Of a stretch of 64,000 bases of DNA, positions 37,601 through 49,600 are shown piece after piece. The stretch's first letter is position 1. Each line of letters begins with the position of its first letter. Both the position numbers and the translations under genes were made by a program. This stretch comes from a virus (lineage: Duplodnaviria > Caudoviricetes): positions 5,884-69,883 of the IMG/VR virus record IMGVR_UViG_2933705211_000004; one strand, written 5' to 3'. The notes beneath the pieces were generated by a model, which searched no databases, was not told the DNA's origin, and saw only the letters and a program-made list of their open reading frames with translations.

Positions 37601-40600
37601 ACGTTGTTGTCCGTGTCGCCGTCGGCCCACCGTACGGACACGGTGGCGTCGGTGACCCCGGTGACGGTGCCTGCACGGTCGCCGTTCCCGGTCACCGCGG
37701 TGCCGGGGAAGAGACCGCGGCCGCGGGCGTCGGTGGCGATGGTGTCGGGCAGGGCACCGCTGGCCACAGCGCCTTGGGCACCGCTTGCCGGGGCGCCCGG
37801 GGCGGGGGCCTTCGGTGCTTCGGCGCGGGCTGCGCTGGCGTGGAGCGGGGTATAGACGACGCCCCGAGCGCCACTCTGGCCGTCGGGGTTCTCACCGATC
37901 GTCGTACGCCACATGTCCCCGGTGCGGCCCCGGCGGGTCACCGTGACCCGCTGTGGGGAGTCGAGGACGTATCCGGCGCGGGTCACGGCGCGGCCGCGCT
38001 GGTTGGTTCCGTCGATGCGTGCCATGTCGCCGGGCTGGAGCTGGTCGACGCTGGCCCAGTGAGCAGGCTGTCCGCCGATCGGCTCCGGCTCGGCGGCCGG
38101 CCGTTGGCGCCTTAGCGCGTCCTGGTCCGGCGCGGCTTCCCCTGCCGGCCGGACCGTCGTGGCATCCGAAGGAGCCGGTGCCTGCGGGGCGTTGGAGTCG
38201 GGGCGGCCCCCGGAGCGGGCGTTCTGGTCATTGTCCCGGCTGTTGCCGCTGTGCTCGCCGGGACGCGGCTTGCGTCGTACGACGCCCAGCTCCAGGCGCG
38301 CGTCATGCGGGCTGTCGGTCTGCCCGTCCGGACCGGTCCAGGTGATGTCGGCCGGGTAGCGGTAGTAGTCACGTGAGGCGAGCGCCTGCATGCCGGTGGG
38401 GCTCCAGACCCGTGACTGGTCGTCAGTGATGGTGCCCCGTGCGGTGCCGAGCGGGTGCGCGCCGCCGCGCAGGGAGTGGGCGGGGTCGACGGCCAGCGGG
38501 AAGCTGACTTCGTCCCCTGCCTGCAGCTCGGCGGGATTGGCGAGCACGGTGTAGCCGTCGGCCTCCTGCTGCTGGTGCCAGGCGTCTGCCTCCTGCCGCC
38601 ATGTCCGATGCTCGTCGGCGCGGGCCGCGTCGAACCGCCACTGGCCCTCGCGGCTCGGGTTCTGGGCCAGGACGCGGGCCATGGTCTCGGCGAGGCTTTC
38701 GCCGTCCGGGCCGCGGAACGTCCGGGCGCGCTCCATAGCGTCGGGAGCGTCCCACGGGAACGGGTTGCCGTCGGCGTCCCGAACCTCGGCTTCGAGGGTG
38801 TTCGCTGCGTGGAGCGCGTCCTTGAGCGTGCCGAGCCCGTCCCCGTGCGCCTGGAGCAGCGGCAGCAGACCGCCGGGGGTGGCCACGGTGAAGCGGCGGT
38901 TGTTCTCCTCGCCGTGCCGGGCCGAGCGGTTGCCGTGCACCAGGAGCCGACCACCACGCGAGAGCCGGGTGTGCTTGTCGTCGGCGATCTCACGCTGCTC
39001 GGCGGGGCTCGGCGGGCGGGTTCGGCTGCCTTCGTCGAGCGAGGAGGGGTCGAGCTGGCCGTTGCGCAGGTGCTCACGTACGGCGTTGAGGTTGGCGAAC
39101 CGGGGGGTGGCCGGGTCGTACGCGGCAGGGGCAGGGGCAGGGGCAGGGGCAGGGGCAAGCTCCGGCGCAGGTCCAGGGCTAACGCTGTTGCCCGGCTCGG
39201 GATCGGCGACGGTGTCCGGCGCGGGCGCGCCCTCACCCGCGACCATGTCCGAGGCACCCGCGTTCTGCCGCTGTGCCTCCTCATGCCGGTCGCGCTCGAC
39301 ACGCTCATCAGCGCGGCGCTGCTGCTTGAACTGGTTATAGGTGAGGCGCCCCCCGTTGTCGTCGAACCATTCGAGCAACTCCTCGCTGGCGTAGTCGCGC
39401 CACCGGCCGAACCGGGACAGGCTGCCGCCGGAGAACAGGTCACGCTCGCCGACGGGAGGGAGCCGCCTGCTGTTGCGGCTGAAGAAGTAGCCGTTGGTCG
39501 CATCAAGGGCAGCCGCGTACCGGGCCTCGTCGGCCTCCTGGAACTCGCGCTGCAGACGCTCCTCGCGCGACAGCGGTCGCCGGGTGACGTCCGTGTCGCC
39601 GAAGCCGAGAGCGGCATCCATTGCCTCGCCGCGCTGGCGGACTTCCTCGGCGCTGGTCGGAGCCGTGGCCGGGATGGCGTCGCGGACACGCTGATCAGCG
39701 TTGTCCCGGCGGTCCATCTCCGCCATGACCCTCATCTGGTCGCCTTCCGACAGGCCCTGCCCCCACGCTGCGGCAAGGTCGTGGTCGGACATGGCAGTCA
39801 GGTCGTCCGGCAGCGCGGTGAGCTTGGGCGCGGCCTCGGGGGTATCGGTGGATTCGGGGGCGGGTGCAGGGCTTTCGTGGTCTTGCTGGAAGGCGTCGCG
39901 GGCCGCGTGCAGGGCCTGTGGCAGGGGCCGCCCGTTGCGGTCGCGCCATCGGGCGATGGTGTCGGGGCTGAGCGGTTGGTGCCAGTCGAGTGGCTGCCCG
40001 TCGGCGTCAGTGATCTGCTCGAACCGGTCGGCGAGTTCGCGTGCCTCGTCGGCATCGCGGGCCGCGAAGGTGATCTTGCCGAGGCGGCCGCCGTTGCGGG
40101 ACTGCGCGAAGCGCCACTGGTCGGGGGCGTCGGGATCGCTCCAGGTGACCAGCCCGCCGCCGGAGGACAGGGTCACGGTCGGGTTGTCCGCGAGCTGGGC
40201 AAGGAACTCCCGCCGCTCAGCGGTGTTCTCCTCCGTGGTCAGTCCGGCACCACGGCGCCAGACGTCACGCAGCTCCTCGACGGTACGGGGATGCTCAGGC
40301 CGCGCTGCACCATCTGGTGCTCCGCGGTCTGCCGCGTCATCGTTTCCGGTGCGGTTGGACAGGTCCGGCAGATTCGGCAGGCCGCCCGTGGGCAGACCGG
40401 AGCCGCCCAGGCCGCCCGGCCCCGCGCCGTTGCCGCGGCCTCCACGCCGACGGCGACGGCGGCGGTCATTCTCGTCATCCCGGCTGTCGGTGCCGGCGTC
40501 TCCGGGGCGGGGCTCAGCCGGACCCTCGGGGGTGCCCGGGGACTGCGCGCCGTCCGGCCCCGTGCCCGGTGTGCCGTCCGGGCCCGCGCCGTTGGTGTCC

Positions 40601-43600
40601 TGGTCGCGGCGGCGCCGTTCGTCGCGGGGCTGCTCCTCGTCCGGTTCGCTGCGGGCGGGCCGCTCTGACTCCGGGGCGTCTTCGGGGGCAGCTGTCTCGC
40701 CATCCGGAGACGTGGTGCGGTCGCCGTCCTGCCTGCTCGGCTCACCCTCGTCGACGGGCGCGGAAGCGTCCGGCACCGGGGCCGTGGCATCGTCCACCGG
40801 GTCGGTGCGGTCGCGTGCCTGCTCGCCGTCACCAGACTGCTCGTTGTCGACGATCTCCTCGTCCGGATAGCGCAGGCGCAGCTCGGCGTCTCGGTTGTAG
40901 TAGCGCTCCTGGCCATCGTCGGTGACGATGCGGACCCGCCCGCGGCCGGTGAGCCGGGGCGGTTCGGCGATCGTGCGCGTACGGCCGTCCGCGTCGGTGT
41001 ACCGGTCTCCCGCTTCCAGGTCGGCAGGGTTACGCATCTGGACGGGGCGCAGGTCGCTGGTGTCGCGTCCCTCGTGGTCCGCGAACATGTCCGGGGTGCC
41101 GAACACGTCGTCGGGCCGGTCGAGCGGGTTGTCCGGATCGGCAATCTGGGGCGTGGGGGCCTGCGGCTCGTCGACGTCGAAGAGACCACCCTCGGGCGCG
41201 GCAGGCTCCGGCTTGGGCGCAGGCTTCGGGGTACGCCCGGCCCGGCGGTCCTTCTCGGCCTCCAGAACCGTCATGCGGGTGCGGTCGAGGCCGGTCAGCT
41301 CGCCGTCGGCCATCTCTCGTTCGACCAGGGCGACAATCTCGTCGGCGATCTCCTGGTCCGTCATAGCCGACGGCGCGCGGGTGCCTTCGGGGCGTATGGC
41401 ATCGAGCTGTTGGGCGACCTCGTCGCGGTCGAGGGTGACCGTGCCGTCGTCCGCCGCCGTGCTGTCCGTGTCGGGCGAGTTCGGCTCCTGGCTCGGGGTG
41501 CGCCGCTGCTCGGCAGGCGTGTCCTCGCCGTCGTCACCGGGCGGGGTAGAAATGGGCGGCAGATCCTGGCCGCCGTCATTGCCGCCGTCACCCGCCGCTG
41601 TGTTCCGAGCGAACGGCGTCTCATCAGCGGGGGCGTCGTCCGTGCGAAGCCCATCGAGCGTCCGGGAGACCTCACCGGCCGGCAGACGGTCCCGGTCTGC
41701 TTCCGACTGCTCGGGGTGCTCCGGGCGCTCGGGCTCGGGATGCTCGCGGTCGAAGTCCTCAAGCGTGAGCACTGAGTTGTCGACGGCTCCCTGGAGCGGT
41801 ACCCGAGCGGCGCGGCGCTTCTCGACGATCTCCTTGCGCTGCGCCTTGGTCAGCTTCTTGTCGAGGTCGTCCTCATCGATCTCGGGCAGCTTGTCGAGCT
41901 CGGCGACCCTGCCGACCACATCGTCCAGCAGGTTCGCGCGGGCCCGCGCGTGCTCGATCTGCGGGGTGAGGTCAGCTGCGGCCTGCGAGGACTGCAACAG
42001 GGCTATTTGCTCGTCGAGTTCGGGCAGGCGTGCCCGGTCAGCCTGCTGGAGTGCATCGGCCTTCTCCAGGGCGTTGGCCAGGCGGGTGATCAGGCTCGAA
42101 CCGGCGCCCTTCTTCCGCAGGTCGTCCGGGCCTCGCTCGAAGTCGGAGCGCGCGAGGTCAGGGAAGCCGACGTGCGCGACGAGCGCGCCGTCCGGGCGGC
42201 GTTCGGTGCGCACCCCGATGTCGAGGCCGCCGAACTGCCCCAGGATCTTCCACGGGCCGATGCCGTCGCGGTCGTGCTCCAGAAGCTGGGTGGTGACCTG
42301 CCGGTGCAGCGCCGCGGCGGCATCCGAGCGCTCGTTGTACGACAGGCTCCCAAGGCTCATGGCGAAGGTGTCGCGGACGTTGCGGATGCGGGGCAGGGCC
42401 TGGTCGCGGCGTGTGATGCCGTCGTGGGTGTCGGTGAGTTCCTGTTGCAGGTCGGCCAGGGCCTCGGTGCGGCGGACGCGTTCGGCGGCCTCGTTGTGCT
42501 GGTCGATCTCCAGGTCGCGCAGGGTCCGGCGGGCCTTCATGAGCTGGCTCATGTAGGGGTTGCCGCCGATCTCGGCTTCCATCGTCTCGTAGTCGGGGTA
42601 GTCGACGTCGAGTTCGGTGACGGTGTCGCGGGTGTCGCTGTCGGCCATCTCCGGGCGCTGGATGTCGATCAGGCCCTCCGCCTTGGAGGCGACGAATCCG
42701 GCTTTCCAGCCGTCGAGGCTGCCCTTGGTGGCGAAGATGTCGATCTCGACCTCGGGGTTCTGGTTGCCGTACCGCAGGATGCGGCCGTTGCGCTGTTCCA
42801 TCTGCGCGGCGCCCCAGTCGAGATCCACGTGCGTCAGCGACACCATGCGGTTCTGGGCGTTCATGCCGGTGCCGGCGATGCTGCTGGAGCCGATGAGGAC
42901 GGCTATGTCACCGTCGCGGGCACGGCGGAACAACTCGGCCAGTTCCTCGGGCTTGCCCGACTTCTTGTGGTCCTGGACGAAGGCGATCTTCTCGGCGGGA
43001 ATGCCGCCCTGGACCATGAGGTCGCGCAGCTCCGCGTAGGCGTCGAAGCTGCCCCTGTTGTCACCGCCCGGCACACCCTCGTTCAGGAAGATCATCTGGA
43101 GGGCGCCGGTGACGGGATGGTCCTCGTCGCTGCCGTAGTACGTCTTGTAGACGCGGTCCTTGTGGCGGTGGTATCGCTCGACGTGCTTGGCCGCGACCGC
43201 GCCCAGCTTGTTGCCCGCCGAGGCCTTCGGGTCGACGAGCCGGGGGTCCAGGGCGACGGAGGTGCCCTCGTTGGACACCGTGAGCATGTTGTCGTCGACC
43301 AGGTTGCCCTTGCGGTTCCGGATCTGCTGGGGCTCGCCGATGTGAATGGCGCGGCCGCGGCCGACGAGGGTCTTCAGCCGCTTGGCCTGGTCCTTGGTCG
43401 AGTCGACCAGGATCAGGTTGGGGCCGCCGTCCTTGACCCTGGGCCGGGGGATGCCGACGTCGTCGGCCCGCTTGGTATCGGCGACCAGGCCCCACATGGT
43501 CTTCATCGCGCGGCGGTTGTGGAACTCGGCGAACCGCTCCACGACCCGCAGACCGGACCCGTCAGGTGCGTTCTCGATGCGCAGCGTCTTGCGGCCGAAT

Positions 43601-46600
43601 GTCGCCGCCCACAGGTCCGGCGCCCCCGCCTTGTAGGAGTCGAGGACCCACGGCGCTGCCAGGGCGAGCATCGTGTACTGCTCGGTGATCGAGTTGGACA
43701 GCGGCGTACCGGTGGCCAGAGTGACGGTCGCGCGGCCGGCACGGCGACGGTGCAGGTCCGTCAGCTTCTGGTGCAGGTCGATGCCGCGGAGGGTCGCCGG
43801 GTCGCCGCCGCCTTCCTTCGAGCGGAAGCCGACTCTCTTGTACCGGTGAGCCTCGTCGACGACGGCGTAGTCGAACCCGAGGTCGTCCCAGTACGACTGT
43901 CCGGGCGTGCGCATCGGCGCCGCGTTCTTGCTGAGCCGGTTCTGCAGCGTCGCGATGCGCTGCTCGATCTTGGCGACGATGAACGGGTGATTGGGGTTGT
44001 CCGCGTCCTCGTACTGCCGGTCGAGCTGCTCGCGCAGGTCCTCCAGAACGCGGAACTCGTAATCGTCCTGCGCCTCCGGGCTCATCTTGATCGACCCGAA
44101 GGCGGGCTCGGTGAAGATCACCAAGTCCGACTTGTTGGCCCGCAGCCACTCCAGCGTGCTGTCGCGACGCCCGTCGGCGAGGTCCGCCGACGTGATCAAG
44201 TGGATGTCGGCGTTCGGGTACAGGAACCGGGCCTCGTCGTACCACTGCTGCGCGAGGTGATCGGGGACGACGGCGAACGGCTTCTCGATCTGCCCCGACG
44301 CCTTGAGCGCCTGGGTGCCCATGACCAGCGTGGACGTCTTGCCCAGGCCCACCTCGTGGGCGAGGACCACCGACCGCTCGAACTGCATGCGCGCGGCGCC
44401 AGAGAGCTGCCAGGCGTGCGGGGTGCGTTCGGGGGTGATGCCGTCCAGGGACGGGCTCATGCCGTCGTACGAGCGGACGACATGCCCGTTCATGACCTGG
44501 TTGTAGGAGTCGGTCAGCCGCGTGAGGCGTTCGGCATTGGCCGTCGCGTACTTCGCGAACTCCGACCGCATCTGGTCGGCCTTCTGCCGGACCAGGCGGG
44601 ACGTTTCCTCATCGACGTGCTTGCGCTTGTCGTCGTGGTGGATCGTCAGCGAACCGTGGCCGAGGATCGCGCGAGCGATCTCAACGGCCGACTTGCCCCG
44701 GGTGCCCTTGGCCTCGTCGGCCGCGACGCCGTACAGGACGTTGTTGGCCTGCGGGACCTTGCCCGTGTAGAGCATCCAGCCGTAGCGGTCGTCATGAGCG
44801 ACGCGCAGGGTGCGGTCGCCCAGGTACTCGCGCAGGAAGTTTTGGAGCAGCTCGGGCGGCGTCCAGTGCGCGCCCATTTCTGGGGTGAACTCGCCGATGG
44901 TGCGCTCGGTCGGCTGGACCGCTTCGAGCGCGGCAACGTTGACGGCGAACGCCGGGTCCTGCTCGGCGGCGCGGCGCGCGGCGGCGAGCTTGTCGCGGAC
45001 GGGCCCGGACAGATAGGCGCCGGCCAGCTCCAGGCGTCCGGTAGACGGATCGGTGAAGACCTCTGTCCCCAGCGCCCGGACAGCGTCCTGCGGGTCCATG
45101 TCGAGCAGGCGGGAGATCTCGCCGAGGTCGACCTCCCCGGTTGCGGCGACGACCGCGGCCAGAGCCGTCTTCGGGTCTTCGGTCCGGGAGAGTGGCTGGC
45201 GGCGGGCTGCGGCACGTTCGGTGAAGACGCGGGACAGGACTGGCTCGCCCTTGTCCGCGTCCCACCGCTCCAGTGCGAGGACGGAGCCGGCGTCCGGGTC
45301 GGAGCGGAAAGCGCCGTAGGCGGTCGGGGTGCGTTCCTCCGTTCCGTCCGGCCGGGTGCCGGTCTTCATGGAGCGGAACTGGCCCGGCTTGGACAGAGGC
45401 CCGTAGGTGTTGACGTACGCGGTGTGGAGATCGCGGAGTTGGGCGCGCAGCTTCTCGGCGCGCTCGTCCTCGTCGTTCTTGCGGTCCAGCGCGCGCAGCT
45501 CGGCCGCGACGTCACGGAGCTGCATCAGGGAGCGGAGCTGTTCGGTGCGGCCGTCGGAAGGCTCGACCAGTACCGGGTTGCCGCCGTTGACGTGCTGGTA
45601 GAGCTTGCCGTCGTCGCCTTCGTAGAGGCGGCCGGTCCAGTCGGTGGCGTGCTTCTCCCGCGCGGTCTGCAGGAGCACCGGCGCCCGGTTGTCGCCGTCG
45701 GGATGCGGCTCGTAGCCGTTGCCGTCGGCCACCGACTGGGCGGCGATCTCGTGTAGTGCGTCGCGGAGTTGGTCCGCTGCGTTGGCCGGATTGCCCCTGA
45801 CGGTCAGGCGCGGGCCGTACGGGGACGACTCAGTGGTCAGATCCCCGAGGATGTGCTCAGGGTGCTCCGTGAAGTAGGCGTTGACGTGCTCGCGGACGTC
45901 GCCGATCTTCCGCTCGGGGGCGTTGAGCCATTTCGTGTCGCCGGGCTCTTCGCCGTCGGCACGGCGCCGCAGCACCAGCACGTCGGTGACGACGCTGGTG
46001 CCGGCGTCGTTGAAGACCCCGCTCGGCAGGCGCACGGCGCCGATCAGGTCGCCGTACTTTGCGATCTGCTTGCGGGCCTTGTCGCCCTTGGAGTCCAGGG
46101 TGTGCCGGGAGGTGATCAGCAGGGTGATGCCGCCCGGCCGGGTCAGCGCCAGTTCCTTGGTGATGAATCCGTTGTGCAGGGACTCGGCCGGATACCGCTT
46201 GTCGCCGAACGGCACTGAAGCGAAAGGGACGTTGCCGATGCTCGCGTCGAACGTGCCCGGGTGCGCGTCGGTCTCGGCGAAGTTCTCGTTGAGGACGTTG
46301 GCGTCCGGGTAGATCGCGCGGGCGATCCGTGCGCTGGTCGGATCGAGTTCCACGCCGGTCAGGCGGGCGCCGTCGGGGGCGGCGCCGAAGAACGTGCCGC
46401 TACCGGACCCGGCCTCCAGGACGTCACCGTGCTCGAAGCCCAGCTCGCGAAGGCCGTCCCACATCGCTTCGGCGATGGGCTGCGGCGTGTAGTGCATGGA
46501 CAGGGTGCCGCGGGACGCCTGCCGCCACTCCAGCGGTGTGAGCTCGTCGGAGAGCATGGTGCGCAGGTCGCGGTACTCCGCCCAACGGGCATGGTCCTGC

Positions 46601-49600
46601 GTGAACTTGCCGTACCGGGCGCCGCCCTGCTGGTAGCGCGGCTCTTTCTCATTCGGCTCGGCCGCGAACATGATCGGGACCGAGCCCCAGCCCGTCCAGC
46701 GGGCCAGGGTGCGCTTCTCCTGGTCAGTAGCCGGGCGGTTGTCCCGCTCCAGCCGCTTGAGGACCCGGATCGCCTCAACGTTTGCGGAAGCCCGCAGGAT
46801 CGGGCCCTTGGTCGCGGCATCCGCCAGGTCGGGCCTGAAGCGCGCTACATGTCGTACACCGCGTCCTTCATCGCCTGCAGATCCCGCATCTCCGGACTGA
46901 GCGTCTGCGTCTGCTCGGTCTGCGGCTCCGGTTCGGGCAGCAGATCCCGCAGCACCATCGCGGTCGCGTCCGCCCTGATCTGCTTGATCTGGCCCGCCCT
47001 CGACTCGTACTCCGCCGCGGTCGGCACCGTCTGCTCCAGCGCTTCCTCGGCCACCAGGATCGCCGTCTCGATCTCCCTGCCCTTGTTCAGGAAGAACGCC
47101 TCCGGGTCGGTCATCTCCGCCAGCTCCAGCGGCCGGTACTTCGTCCAGTGGTCCCTGGCCACCTGGCTGTAGATGCTCACCATCAGCCCCTTCGTCTGTT
47201 CCGAGAGCCGCACGCAGGGCTGCCTGCTGCGCCTCTATCTCCTGGCGGGAGATGACCTTGCGGTCGTCGTCCCCGCCATCCTTTCGTACTGCCGTGCGCT
47301 GCGCGTCGATCGTGTGCAGCGCAGCGTTGATGGAGGCCAGGCGCGCCTTGGCCCACGACCGGTCCGACGAGTCCAGGTCGCGGTCGCTGGACCGGAGCAT
47401 CATCTCGCGGGACAGATCCTCGGTGACCCGCTGGAACTCGGCGAGCAGCCCCTCGGGTACCTCCAGGTTGGCGCCCTTGCCGATCTTCCCGGTAATAGGG
47501 TTCGTGCCGTCCGACCAGCCGTAAGAGTGGCCCTTGAACAGGTCGTAGAGGGCACGGCGTTCCGGCGTCGCCGAGTTGAAGCTGTCCGCACGGCGCGAGG
47601 ACTTGTACAGCTCGACGAACATCTTCGGCACCCACACCCGGCGCACGGAGCCGTAGTGGCGCACCGACTCCGTTGCGGGATCGGAGTCGTAGCTGTCGAC
47701 GATCGCGGCCAAGGCCTCGGTCATGCTCGGGAAGGCACCCAGGATCCCGCCGAATCTCTGACGCTGCGCGTTCCAACCCGCTTTTTCGCCGCCCCCGTAC
47801 GGAGAGTCGTGGGTGCGGTAGCTGACCTTTCCGTAGTCGTTGCCATCGACCTTGATGGAAGAGCCGTAGCCGCTGCGGAGCGGGTCTTCAGGAGCGTCCG
47901 CCCGGCCGACCTTCTGCTCCCTGCCCTCGGCGCCGCGCCGGTTCTGCTCGTCGAACAAGGCCTTCAGCCGCTCATCCAACGCCTCACGTTCGCGGCCGCG
48001 AGCCTGGTGCTGGTTCTTGAACAGATCGCGGAACTCGTCCGTCAGCGCCTCGTCGCTCAGCCCGTCTGTCTCGGGCCGGTTGCGGTAGACGCTCGCCTTG
48101 CGGTCCTCACGCTCCTCGTAGACCGCACTGCGGCGAGCGGACAGGATCTCGTTCTGTTCCTTACCCAGTTGACGCAGCTTGACGGGCAAACGGAGAAACT
48201 CCGACTCCAGAGCCTCGTCGTCCAGCTCCTGGACCGCCGGCCGCTGCTCGATGTCACGGAGCTGCCGGATCTCCTGCTCGGCCTTCACGTCCTCCAGCCG
48301 CTCGGCCAGCTGGCCGGCCAGAGCCCGCTCAGGGTTGTCGTCCCCGCTCTCCGGCAGATGATTGGCCGACACCTGGTGCCCTTGGCGTCGGTCCTCCAAC
48401 TCCTTTGCCAGCGCAGTGAGTTCGGCGTCGCCCAGATCTGATGGCGTGCGGGATCGGTCGATGCGTTCGTTCGTGCGGCGCCGCCGGTCTTCGTACAGGG
48501 CCTGCTCATCGTCGGTGAGGAGATCACCCTGCCGAGACCCGTAAGTGCCCCGCTCCCGCTGGGACTCAACGATCGCGCCGTGCAACTCAGCGTCACTCAA
48601 CGCGGCGGCACGCTCGGCCGGACTCGACTCGGAGTCCTGCCCCCCGTCCCCGGCATCGTCGCTCCGGCTTGCGATACGGCGCCGGTCGAGTTCAGCCTCG
48701 ACCTTTTGGAGCGAGGCGCGCGCCTTCTGCCTTCGTGCAGGGGTCGTGGCCACCTGAGCATGGATCTTGAGGTTGTCGCGGTGCTCACGCAGGTCCGCGT
48801 CCGACATGGCCCGGAGTGTCTTGGCGTCCTCGTCGAGCTGCTCCCGCCGGGGGGTGCTGGTGCTGGAGTCCTCGTCGGTGAAGCGGACGTTGCGGCCCTG
48901 CCGGACGAATGCGGCGACGATGTCAGCGGCCTTGCGGTCGCGGGTCTCCGGCTTCCACTGGGTGCCGGTGACCCGGGCCTTCAGGATGGGAGACCAGGCC
49001 AGTCTTCCAGCGGCACTCACGGCCCGGTCGTCTCGTGCGTCGTTCTTGATCGTGCCGCGTACCGCGATGATGCGCTTGCCCTTGTGGGTGGTCCAGGCAA
49101 GGTGCACATGGTCGGCCTGTGCCGGGTCGGCAGTGGCCAGGTGATGCCGGGCAATGATCTGGTCGGCGATGTTCAGGTTGTTGCCGATGGTGATGTGGAC
49201 GCCGTCGACCGTGGCGTGCCGGTCGTTGTAGCCGCCGACGACGCTGGCGATGCGGGTGCTGTCCGGGCCGTACACGGTGACGGGCCCGGGATTCCAGGAG
49301 GTCGCCCAGTAGCCGTCTACGCCGTCAACCGGCTCGGCGTCTTCGGGCACGCCTGCCGGCCGCCCGTCAGGAGCGGGCGCGGGTGCCTCGTCCGGCTGGC
49401 CACCATCGTCTTCGGGCGCACCGTCCGGGACTGCACTGTCGCTGGGTGTGCTGCTGTCGGTCGAGGGAGCCGGATGCTCTGCCGTGTCCGTCTGCGGAGA
49501 GGTGGCCTCGTCATCCCCGAAGGGGCGGCGGCGCAGCGTCTCGGCAAGCCGGGCGGTGGCAATGCTGTGCTTCGGCGGGTGCTCCTGGTCCCACAAGGCA

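Noticed and set aside
39124-39158. GGCAGG hexamer tandem repeat
   Set aside because: Encodes a Pro-Ala linker; in-frame length changes would not switch phase.
36600-41040. Intein/Hint domains suggested by L..GD motifs
   Set aside because: No N-terminal Cys or C-terminal HN splice motifs seen.
41950-45756. Long plus-strand ORFs antisense to the giant gene (also 20761-23352, 38455-40668, 48580-51090, and minus-strand 60579-62237)
   Set aside because: Shadow ORFs expected from high-GC codon bias; no motifs.
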